Below, one piece after another: positions 8,267 to 16,023 of a stretch of 64,000 bases of DNA (position 1 is its first letter; each line of letters starts with the position of its first letter). A program made the translations under genes and the position numbers. Under the pieces are notes generated by a model. That model saw only the letters and a program-made list of their open reading frames with translations. It ran no database searches and was not told where the DNA came from. This DNA comes from Thermoplasmata archaeon (lineage in GTDB: Archaea; Thermoplasmatota; SW-10-69-26; JACQPN01; JAJPHT01): assembly GCA_034667685.1 (NCBI GenBank), contig JAXDQU010000050.1:1-64000 (forward strand), in the 5' to 3' direction.

Positions 8267-8619
8267 CCGAAGGCTGGCATTGCTATCTCGTGCGCTGCGC
8301 CGACGGCACGCTCTACTGCGGCGTGACCAACGACCTCGCGCGCCGCCTCGCCGCGCACAACGCCGGCAAGGGCGCCAAGTACACCGCCGGCCGCGGGCCC
8401 GTCGCCCTGGTCTGGAGCGAGCCGTGCGCGACGCGCGGCGATGCGCTCCGGCGCGAGATCGCGGTGAAGCGCATGGGCCGCGCGCAGAAGGAGCGCCTCA
8501 CGACGGCGGGCTCTCCAGCCGCGCCCGCTGGAGCGCGCCCGCGTACCACTCCAGGTCCTCGAACATCTTCCCGAAGCGCCGGTCCCACTCGGGCGCGTCG
8601 ATCGGGCCCTCGGGCGTGA
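8263..8619 (+). CDS. GIY-YIG nuclease family protein (UPF0213/YhbQ-like)
   Basis: WHCYLVRCADGTLYCGVTNDLARRLAAHNAGKGAKYT...ALRREIAVK; GTG 8263. Confidence 0.9.
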   Translation: MTEGWHCYLVRCADGTLYCGVTNDLARRLAAHNAGKGAKYTAGRGPVALVWSEPCATRGDALRREIAVKRMGRAQKERLTTAGSPAAPAGARPRTTPGPRTSSRSAGPTRARRSGPRA

Positions 8620-9070
8620 ACGAGCGCGTCACGTACGTCACCGGCACGTGCGCGGGGACGACCACCGCGCCCAGCCCTGAGATCACCTGGCGCAGGTTGT
8701 CGATCGCGCGCAGCCCGCCGCTGATGCCACCCACGCCCACGAGCGCGAACGGCTTCCGGTTCCACTCGTCGTACACCGCGTCGAGCAGGTTCTTCAGCGT
8801 GCCGGGGTAGCCGAAGTTGTATTCCGGCACGACCGCCACGAAGCCGTCGGCGCGTCCCATCGCCTCGACGAACGCCGCGACCTCCGGTGGGCGCGGAGCC
8901 ATCTCCCACTCGCGCTGGTCGAGGTTGCCGAACGGGAGCAGCGCGGGGTCCACAAGGTGCGAGCGCACGCCGGGGCGCTTGTTGAGCCTGTCCACCACGT
9001 AGCGCGCGACCCACTCGCTCTTCCGCTCATGGCGCACCGTGCCGAGGAGGACGGGCAGGTCGAAGGGCAC
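8498..9070 (-). CDS. NADPH-dependent FMN reductase (SsuE-like flavoprotein)
   Basis: LGTVR, ADGFVAVVPEYNFGYPGTLKNLLD, EWNRKP, GGLRA. Confidence 0.92.
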   Translation of the reverse strand: MPFDLPVLLGTVRHERKSEWVARYVVDRLNKRPGVRSHLVDPALLPFGNLDQREWEMAPRPPEVAAFVEAMGRADGFVAVVPEYNFGYPGTLKNLLDAVYDEWNRKPFALVGVGGISGGLRAIDNLRQVISGLGAVVVPAHVPVTYVTRSFTPEGPIDAPEWDRRFGKMFEDLEWYAGALQRARLESPPS

Positions 9071-9104
9071 GCGGGTTCATCTCCCCGGAGCCGCATGAAG
9101 GCGC

Positions 9105-9281
9105 GTGCATCCCGGCCAGACGCTCCGCCTGCGCGCGACCGAGGAGCCCGTGACGCTCGTCGCGGTCCTCGACGCGGGCGGCGCGATGCTCCTCGTGCGC
9201 GACGCGGCGCAGGAGTTCCAGGTCCACCGCGACGACGTCATGACCGACGCGGAGCGCCACGGCTGCGCGTGCTGCGTCTGA
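9105..9281 (+). CDS. 58-aa hypothetical protein with C-terminal HGCACC motif
   Basis: Below ORF-track cutoff; MHPGQTLRLRATEEPVTLVAVLD...VHRDDVMTDAERHGCACCV; host-like GC3; fills the gap between two minus-strand genes. Confidence 0.6.
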   Translation: MHPGQTLRLRATEEPVTLVAVLDAGGAMLLVRDAAQEFQVHRDDVMTDAERHGCACCV

Positions 9282-9680
9282 TCAGGCGGACTCCAGCGAG
9301 CGCCGGATGACGTCCGGGATGGGCTTCTTCGCGTTCTTCGCGTAGTCGAAGCACACCTGCACCGACTCGCCTTCGGCCACGAGCGTTCCATCTTCCTTGC
9401 GGATCTCGTAGCGCAGCGTGAAGCTCGTCGTGCCGAGCTTGCCGGGCCACATCATCACGCGGAGCCGGTCGCCCATCGTCGCCTGCGCGCGGAAGTCGCA
9501 CGACGTCCGCGCCAGGATGATGTCGAGGTCCTCGACGCGGAACGCGAGGCCGCGCGCCTGGAGGTACCACTCGGTGCGGGCCGTCTCGAAATAGCTGAAG
9601 TAGACGGCGTTGTTCACGTGCGCCGCGCCGTCCAGGTCGCGCCACGGGACGCGCACCTCCACCACGAAGGGCCAGCTCAT
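9282..9680 (-). CDS. Acyl-CoA thioesterase (4HBT/FadM/YbgC hot-dog fold)
   Basis: WRDLDGAAHVNNAVYFSYFETAR; ATG 9680. Confidence 0.9.
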   Translation of the reverse strand: MSWPFVVEVRVPWRDLDGAAHVNNAVYFSYFETARTEWYLQARGLAFRVEDLDIILARTSCDFRAQATMGDRLRVMMWPGKLGTTSFTLRYEIRKEDGTLVAEGESVQVCFDYAKNAKKPIPDVIRRSLESA

Positions 9681-9740
9681 CGCGCGCCGAGCGCTCGGCG
9701 TGGCATAAGGCCTATGCGCCCGCGGCGAGACAAGGAGGGC

Positions 9741-10028
9741 ATGCACGCCGACCGGCGCCCCCTGACGTGGCCCGGGCCCGTGGGCGGATGCTCCCTGGCG
9801 ATGATGATCCTCAGCGGCGCGTGGATCGAATGGACGCGCGTCGAGACGGGCGCGTGGGACGCCTGGTTCGCCGGCGCGCTCGCGATGGGCTTCCTGCTCG
9901 CCTTCGCGGCGGTGGGGCTGCGCGATCCGCTGCGCAAGTGGGCGGTGCGCGGCGCGGCGTACCTCGTGGTGCTGCCGCCCGTCGCGCTCTTCGCCGCCGC
10001 GACCGCCCGCGCCGCGGGATGGCTCTGA
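9741..10028 (+). CDS. Small membrane protein (3 TM)
   Basis: AAGGAGGG RBS before ATG 9741; hydrophobic helices. Confidence 0.6.
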   Translation: MHADRRPLTWPGPVGGCSLAMMILSGAWIEWTRVETGAWDAWFAGALAMGFLLAFAAVGLRDPLRKWAVRGAAYLVVLPPVALFAAATARAAGWL

Positions 10029-10046
10029 GGCGGGAACCTTCCAAGC

Positions 10047-10271
10047 GTGCTTCTTGCGCGAGCGCAGGAAGTCCGCCGCGTGCCTCCCCTCCCGCCCCCG
10101 CCCCGGCGCCGCCGGGCCACGGCCTGGCGCGTCGTCCTGGCCTCCGCGTCGCTCGCGCTCTTCGGCCTCGCCGCCCTCGCGCGCTCCTGGAGCCTGATCG
10201 CGCTGGCCGCCGCGCCGCTGGCGGGCGCGCTCCTGGCCGACCCGCCCGCCTCGCGCCGCGGAGGCTTCTAG
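10047..10271 (+). CDS. Small membrane protein (start uncertain, possibly 10080)
   Basis: Two hydrophobic segments; stop abuts the next ATG. Confidence 0.45.
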   Translation: MLLARAQEVRRVPPLPPPPRRRRATAWRVVLASASLALFGLAALARSWSLIALAAAPLAGALLADPPASRRGGF

Positions 10272-10595
10272 ATGCAGCCGGGCCAGCCTCGCCGGCCGCC
10301 GACGTTCTGGCTCTGGGCGCGCCCCGCGCTCTCGCTGCTGCTGTTCTTCGGCGCCGTCTTCCTCTTCTTCCAGACGCGCGACCCGATGCTGCTGATCTTC
10401 GGCGTCGTGGCCGTCGCCGTGCTCAACGCCGTCTTCGCGCCGTGGCGCTGGGGCTACGCCGGCTGGTACGGTTCCCCCGGCTGGGGCTGGTGGGGCGGCC
10501 CCGCGCAGCAGATCGTCAAGGTGAAGTGCGCCTCGTGCGGCGCGCTCAACGACGAGCACGCGCGCTACTGCAGCGCCTGCGGCAGGCCGATGTGA
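10272..10595 (+). CDS. Membrane protein with C-terminal zinc ribbon
   Basis: 2 TM plus VKVKCASCGALNDEHARYCSACG. Confidence 0.8.
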   Translation: MQPGQPRRPPTFWLWARPALSLLLFFGAVFLFFQTRDPMLLIFGVVAVAVLNAVFAPWRWGYAGWYGSPGWGWWGGPAQQIVKVKCASCGALNDEHARYCSACGRPM

Positions 10596-13229
10596 TCATT
10601 CGAGCAGCTTCGCCGCCACGCGTCCCTCGGCGTAGTCGCGCCCGCTGATCTGCACCTGCACGCGGTCCCCGAGGCGCAATCGGATCAGCTGAACCTCCTC
10701 GTTCTCGGGGTTGACGTACTCGCGCCAGTTCTTCGCGCTGACCTCGGCGGCCATCTCGGCGCGCTCGGCCTCGCCCACGAACATGCGGCTGTCGTGCTCG
10801 TCGATGCTGTAGGGGCCGCCGGGGATGTCGGCCATCGCGACGCGCGCCTCCAGGCCGCCTTCGAGCGACATGAAGACGCCCCCGCGCGTCATGCCGTTGA
10901 CGAGCGCGCGCTGCGGGCCGGACCATCGCGCGTCGCGGCTCGCGAAGACCAGCGCGCTGTCCACGACGCCGCGCTCCAGCGAATCGGCGCCTTCGCCCTG
11001 CATGCTGGCGTGCTGCGCGAGGATGTCGAGGCCCGCGTTGTCGTGCGGCATCGGGCCCTGCCTGCCGCGCAGCAGCCACCGGAGCTGCCGGTGGACGATG
11101 AGGTCGGGGTAGCGGCGGATGGGGCTCGTGAAGTGGCAGTAACAGGTCGAGCCCAGGCCGAAGTGGCCGAGGTTCGCGGGCGTGTAGAACGCGCGCCCCA
11201 TGCACCCGAGCACCTTGAGGTACACGAGCGCCTTGCGCGCGTCGTCCTCGATCCGCGAGACGCCTTCGAGCGCCTGGCGGAACGGCGAGAGCCACGCCTC
11301 CTGCTCCTCGGGCGAGAGCTGCGCGAGCCCCCGGACGAGCGGCTGGGGCTCCTCGGGCTCCGGCTCGGGCTCGTCGAGGCCCGACATGCCGATGCCTCCC
11401 CCGAAGAGGTTGAGCTTGCCGCCCTTTTTGAGCTGGTCGAGGAGCGTGACCTCGGCCTCGACCTGCGCCTTGCGCTCGGGCTCGGGGAGCGCGATCCGGA
11501 GCGGCACCTCCATCGTCGCCATCTGGCCGTTGAAGCGCTCCACGCCTGGCCGGTCGGGCAGCGGGTGGCAGCGGTAGATCAGCGGCACCTTCGCCTCGGT
11601 GAGGATGCGCGCGATGGCCTCGTTGGCCGCGACCATGAACGTCTCGATCATGCGCGTCGCGGGCGTGCCCATCTTCTCGACGTGCTCCACGTTGTCGGGC
11701 GTGAGGTGGATCTTCCGCTCGCTCGTCTCGATGGCGAGGCCGCGCCGGTGCCGGTCGACGAGGTCCGCGAGCTGGCGCATGCGCCGGAACTCGTGCCCCT
11801 CCACCTGCATGCGGCGGAGCGCCTCGGGGTAGGGCACGTTCTCCGCGACGCGGATGACGCTCTCCATCGCGCGCTCGCGCAGCACGCGCCCCTCCGCGTC
11901 GTACGTGATCGCGCACGTCATCGCGTAGCGCTCCTGCTGCGGCTCCAGCGAGCAGAGATCGTTGGAGAGGCGCGGCGGCAGCATCGGCAGCACGCCGCTG
12001 GGCAGGTACACCGAGGTCGCGCGCTTGCGCGCCTCGTGGTCGAGCGTCGTGTCCTTCTCGACGTAGCGCGACACGTCCGCGATGTGGACCCAGAGCGTCC
12101 ACGTGCCGTCGCCGTGCTCCTCGACGCCCACCGCGTCGTCGTGGTCCTTGGCGTCGGGCGGGTCGATCGTGAAGCAGCGCTGCGCGCGCAGGTCGGCGCG
12201 CCCCTCCAGGACGATCGCGTCGGGCGCGCGCTCCGCCGCCCGCAGCACGTCGGCGGGGACCTCCCAGCCGAAGTTGGGGAACTGGAGCACCTTGCGCTGC
12301 GCCACGAGCGTCACCGCGTCGCCGTAGTCGATCAGCCCGCAGCCGAGCATCGTCTCGACGAACGCGCTGCTCACGCTCACGCGCTCCGCGCCCGTCCAGT
12401 CGAGCGCGAGGAACTTGAGGTACGGGAAGAGCGAGAAGCCATCCAGCGTGTGCTTGCCCGAGATGCCCAGCGTCCGCGCGCCGGTGAACCGATCGTGCAG
12501 CACGAAGTCGCGCATCGCGTCGGCCACGAACGCCAGCCGCGCGCGATCGTCCTCGTCCAGGCTCGCCTCCGCGAGGGGCACGCCCTTGTAGACGGTGCGC
12601 AGGTAGCCCGTCTCCTCGTCCTCGACCTCCTCGACGAGGACGAGCTTGTTGCGGAGCCGCTGGAGGCCGTCCTTCTCCTTGTGGAACGACGAGTGCTCCG
12701 CGCGCGTGAGCGGCCGCCAAAGCTCCTCGCGCCCCGGCTCGCGCTCGAAGTACCCCGTGCCCGGCTCGCGGCACGACTCCAGGATGCGCTTGATCTCGCC
12801 CACCTGCGAGCGGGTCGGCGCCTTGCCATCGAAGTACGCGGCCGCGAGGTCGTCGGGCGTCAGCGGCGCCCCGTCCGCGTCCTTGACCTTCAGCCAGAGC
12901 GCGCGGTCCGTTGCCCCCTCCGCAGAAAGCTCCTCCTTGACCTTGCCCGAGGAGACCGAGGCGATGAGCTGCTTGAGGCGCGGTGCCAGGTCCCCGCCCT
13001 CCAGCTCGTCGGGCGAGAGGCGCGCGTCGAGGCGCTTCGACGTCACGTTCTCCGGCTTGACCTCCTGCTTGCCGCGCAGCGTGAAGAGCACCACGAAGAA
13101 CTGCCCCTTGCGCTTCACGCGCTCCAGGTAGATGCCCAGGTTGTCGGGCGCCTTGACGCCGAAGAGCCCGGCCTTGAACTCGACGAGGTCGCCGGGCTTC
13201 ACGGCCGCCCGACGCGGCTTCCCCCGCAT
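10596..13229 (-). CDS. RNB-domain exoribonuclease (RNase R/II family) with atypical N-terminus and C-terminal S1
   Basis: FTIDPPDAKDHDDA, VHIADVS, SVYLP...PMLP, MIETFMVAANE, HFGLG...YCHFTSPIRRYPDLIVHRQL. Confidence 0.92.
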   Translation of the reverse strand: MRGKPRRAAVKPGDLVEFKAGLFGVKAPDNLGIYLERVKRKGQFFVVLFTLRGKQEVKPENVTSKRLDARLSPDELEGGDLAPRLKQLIASVSSGKVKEELSAEGATDRALWLKVKDADGAPLTPDDLAAAYFDGKAPTRSQVGEIKRILESCREPGTGYFEREPGREELWRPLTRAEHSSFHKEKDGLQRLRNKLVLVEEVEDEETGYLRTVYKGVPLAEASLDEDDRARLAFVADAMRDFVLHDRFTGARTLGISGKHTLDGFSLFPYLKFLALDWTGAERVSVSSAFVETMLGCGLIDYGDAVTLVAQRKVLQFPNFGWEVPADVLRAAERAPDAIVLEGRADLRAQRCFTIDPPDAKDHDDAVGVEEHGDGTWTLWVHIADVSRYVEKDTTLDHEARKRATSVYLPSGVLPMLPPRLSNDLCSLEPQQERYAMTCAITYDAEGRVLRERAMESVIRVAENVPYPEALRRMQVEGHEFRRMRQLADLVDRHRRGLAIETSERKIHLTPDNVEHVEKMGTPATRMIETFMVAANEAIARILTEAKVPLIYRCHPLPDRPGVERFNGQMATMEVPLRIALPEPERKAQVEAEVTLLDQLKKGGKLNLFGGGIGMSGLDEPEPEPEEPQPLVRGLAQLSPEEQEAWLSPFRQALEGVSRIEDDARKALVYLKVLGCMGRAFYTPANLGHFGLGSTCYCHFTSPIRRYPDLIVHRQLRWLLRGRQGPMPHDNAGLDILAQHASMQGEGADSLERGVVDSALVFASRDARWSGPQRALVNGMTRGGVFMSLEGGLEARVAMADIPGGPYSIDEHDSRMFVGEAERAEMAAEVSAKNWREYVNPENEEVQLIRLRLGDRVQVQISGRDYAEGRVAAKLLE

Positions 13230-13495
13230 GAGCGTGCTGCCGCGAGCCGGGCAATCTTTAAGAGCGGAGCATGGCTTGCCCGCGACACCTGCGCAGATAG
13301 CCAAGCCTGGCCAACGGCGATAGATTCAGAGTCTATTCACTCAGGTGTTCTACGGTTCAAATCCGTATCTGCGCACTAAATATGGGCGGCCTCGGGCGGC
13401 CCGCCTTGTTATCTCTGTGTTATCCGGCGCCCACCCGCCGTCGCCCCGCGCGGCGACAGCGGCGGCGTCAAGTCCTCCAGCCCGCTGGCGGGGCC

Positions 13496-13681
13496 ATGCC
13501 TCCCGGCCCGCTTCCCCGCCCGCGCTTTGGGCCCGGGTGCCGCCAGGATCGCAATGCGTGCCGGTTGCGCGCGGAGCGTGCGCTGGGGCGGCGGTGGCTG
13601 GCGTGCCGCGAGATGCGGGTGCGCCGCTGCGTCCGGCCGGGGTGCCGGCGTTGCGAGCGGCTCGCCGCGCTGCTCGGGTGA
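13496..13681 (+). CDS. Possible small Cys/Arg-rich protein
   Basis: 61 aa, 6 Cys including CVRPGCRRC; stop nearly abuts the convergent gene; codon pattern weak. Confidence 0.25.
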   Translation: MPPGPLPRPRFGPGCRQDRNACRLRAERALGRRWLACREMRVRRCVRPGCRRCERLAALLG

Positions 13682-13683
13682 GC

Positions 13684-15117
13684 CTACCCCGTCACCTGCG
13701 AGGTCGTGACGGTCGTCGTCCACGGTCCGGGCGGCACCTGGCTGGCGTCCACGAAGCTCCACGCGACGTGGTCGTTCTCGCCGTCCAGCTCCGCGAAGCC
13801 GAGGCAGCCGTTGAGCGCGGGCGAGACGTCCATGCCGGCGTCGTTGAACTGCCCTTGGACGGGCCGCGCGTCGTTGGTGCCGAAGACGTAGGCGGCGTCG
13901 TGGTAGAGCGAGCCGTGCGAGGGGCCTGCGTCCTCGACCTGGCCGTAGCAGACGTGGCCGTTGGGTCCCTGGATCATGACCCAGTGGTTCTTCATGTAGC
14001 TGAAGCCGGGGTCGGTGCAGTGGCCCGCGAAGCCGGGCTGGCTGGCCCACGGGATGACCTGGCAGCGCTCGTGGTACGCGGTGGCGTCGTTGACGTCGTC
14101 GAAGGGCAGGTCGAGGTAGAACGGATTCTCCTTGGGGTGGACGAGGGGGCTCGTGGGGTAGTAGCCGTTGGCGGAGGTGCGGCGCTGGGTGGCGCAGGCG
14201 TCGTTCGCGCCCGGCACGCCGTCGCAGCCGCCCACGATGGAGCCCGCGCATCCGGCGGCGCTCGCGGGCACGGTGCCGTGGTTGACGCCCGACCAGTGGT
14301 AGGCCCACTGCGAGTCGTACGTCGAGCAGACCTGCGAGCCGTCGGCGAGGTTCGCGTTGAAGATCTCGCCGACCCAGAACGTGGTCGAGACGATGTTCGT
14401 GTGCGCGAAGCCCGTCGGCACGGGTGCGGGTGCAGGTGCGGGCGTCGCGTTCATCGCGGGCGTGGCGTTGGGCCAGACGTAGGCGGTGGGCGAGACGACG
14501 CGCGCGCCGCTCGTGGAGGTGGCGGCGAACGTGACGAGGGCGCCCGCGGGGACGTAGAACGACTTGGCCCACGAGCCCCAGGCGGTCGGGGCGAGCGGCA
14601 CGTCCGCGCCGTGGTCGACGCTCGCGCTCACGCCGGCGAGGGGCGCGTTCGCGGTGACGAGCGTCTCGACCCACCAGGCGTTGCCCGGCTTGGGCGCGAA
14701 GGTGGCGGCGAAGGGCGCGGTGGTCCCGGGCGGCGGGGGCACCGTGGCGCCGCAGGCGGGCGCGCCGGAGGGGTGCTGGAACGCGCAGCTCGTGAGGGTG
14801 CGGCCGTCGGTCAGCGTCGCCTGGAAGACGACGAGGTGGCCGGCCTCGATGGCGAACGAAGCGCCCCACGTCCCCCAGGGCTCGTGCTTGAGCGCCGTCC
14901 AGGGACCGTACGAGTCGCGCGCCTGCACGCCGGCCACGAGCGGCGCGTCCGCGCCGGTGACGATGGCCTCGACCCACCACGCGTTCCCCCCTTTGCTCGC
15001 CAGGGTGAGGCTGGGCGCGGTGGCGGCCGAGGCGGGCGGGGAGGCGAGGCCCGCGCCCAAGGGCAGGGCGATCAGGAGCGCGATCGCGAGGCTGGAGACG
15101 GCTCGGGAGCGTTGCAC
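13684..15117 (-). CDS. Secreted protein: two CBM63/expansin-D2-like domains plus C-terminal DPBB (RlpA/expansin-D1-like) domain
   Basis: Signal peptide; duplicated GNAWWVE...W.AL....WG.W...F.AT...G units; C-terminal KNHWVMI...CYGQVEDAGP...GMDVSPAL. Confidence 0.6.
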   Translation of the reverse strand: MQRSRAVSSLAIALLIALPLGAGLASPPASAATAPSLTLASKGGNAWWVEAIVTGADAPLVAGVQARDSYGPWTALKHEPWGTWGASFAIEAGHLVVFQATLTDGRTLTSCAFQHPSGAPACGATVPPPPGTTAPFAATFAPKPGNAWWVETLVTANAPLAGVSASVDHGADVPLAPTAWGSWAKSFYVPAGALVTFAATSTSGARVVSPTAYVWPNATPAMNATPAPAPAPVPTGFAHTNIVSTTFWVGEIFNANLADGSQVCSTYDSQWAYHWSGVNHGTVPASAAGCAGSIVGGCDGVPGANDACATQRRTSANGYYPTSPLVHPKENPFYLDLPFDDVNDATAYHERCQVIPWASQPGFAGHCTDPGFSYMKNHWVMIQGPNGHVCYGQVEDAGPSHGSLYHDAAYVFGTNDARPVQGQFNDAGMDVSPALNGCLGFAELDGENDHVAWSFVDASQVPPGPWTTTVTTSQVTG

Positions 15118-15303
15118 CTTGCAGGGTGGGGCCTGCTTGGCTTGGTCGCCTGCCGTAGCGTCGTGGTGACGCTGGCGCGCTCCGGCGGGACATCTTCGCC
15201 CGCTCGCTCGGATTCCCGAACATGATCGGGTCGTGAACTGACGCTGCGCTGACCGTGTACGAGACTACTTCTCTAACCAGCCTATCAGGGGCCCGTGATC
15301 GGG

Positions 15304-16017
15304 ATGCGAGATCGGATGCGTGCGCGCTTCCTCGCAACGTGCGAGAGCGTGGGGCTCTCTGCGCCCCCGTCTCTCGTCCGGGCGAAGGTGCTGCTTACCA
15401 AGACGGGGGGAACGCTCTTCGTGCAGGCCGCCGGCGAACGTCCGGCGGGCGAGATCGTGGACTGGCTCGCGCCCACGAGGCCGCGCGCCCTGGCGTTCGG
15501 GCAGCACCGCGTCATCCGCGCCGTCTATGCGCCGGCGCCGCAGATATGGCAGACGCTCTTCTCCGATCTCCTGGTCGACATGATCGTGCTGCAGCCCGAC
15601 GGCGGCGCGCGCATCGACGTGGTCGGGCCGCACCACCGCATCACGGAGTTCAGCTCGATGCTCACCGAGGGGGGCGGCCACACGCAGCTTCGCCAGGTGG
15701 GTCCGATGCGCGACCGCCGGGAGCTTCTCACCGCGGCGCAGGAGGCGGCCTTGCGGGCGGCCGTGTCGGCGGGCTACTACAAGATCCCCCGGCCGCTCAA
15801 CCTGCACGCGCTCGCGCGGCGCGTCGACGTGACCGCGGCCTCGCTCTCCGAGCGGCTCCGTCGCGCCGAGGGGCGCGTCATCACCCAGTACGTCGAGTTG
15901 GGTTGCCCGCCGCTGGAGCGATCGGCTTATGACGACCCTTTTCCCCTGCTGGGGCTAGACTCCCCATGGCCCGAGGAATCGTCCGAGCCCGCGTCCTTCG
16001 TCACCGAAGCCGGGTGA
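15304..16017 (+). CDS. HTH_10 (bacterio-opsin activator-type) transcriptional regulator
   Basis: LTAAQEAALRAAVSAGYYKIPRPLNLHALARRVDVTAASLSERLRRAE; start uncertain (15295-15316). Confidence 0.8.
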   Translation: MRDRMRARFLATCESVGLSAPPSLVRAKVLLTKTGGTLFVQAAGERPAGEIVDWLAPTRPRALAFGQHRVIRAVYAPAPQIWQTLFSDLLVDMIVLQPDGGARIDVVGPHHRITEFSSMLTEGGGHTQLRQVGPMRDRRELLTAAQEAALRAAVSAGYYKIPRPLNLHALARRVDVTAASLSERLRRAEGRVITQYVELGCPPLERSAYDDPFPLLGLDSPWPEESSEPASFVTEAG

Positions 16018-16023
16018 TTCCGC

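Noticed and set aside
8263-8619. GIY-YIG as a homing endonuclease or mobile element
   Set aside because: Stand-alone UPF0213-type domain with no intron, intein or DNA-binding extension
13310-13430. AT-rich patch as replication origin or att site
   Set aside because: No ORB-like repeats, cdc6, integrase or tRNA nearby; more simply a promoter region or block boundary
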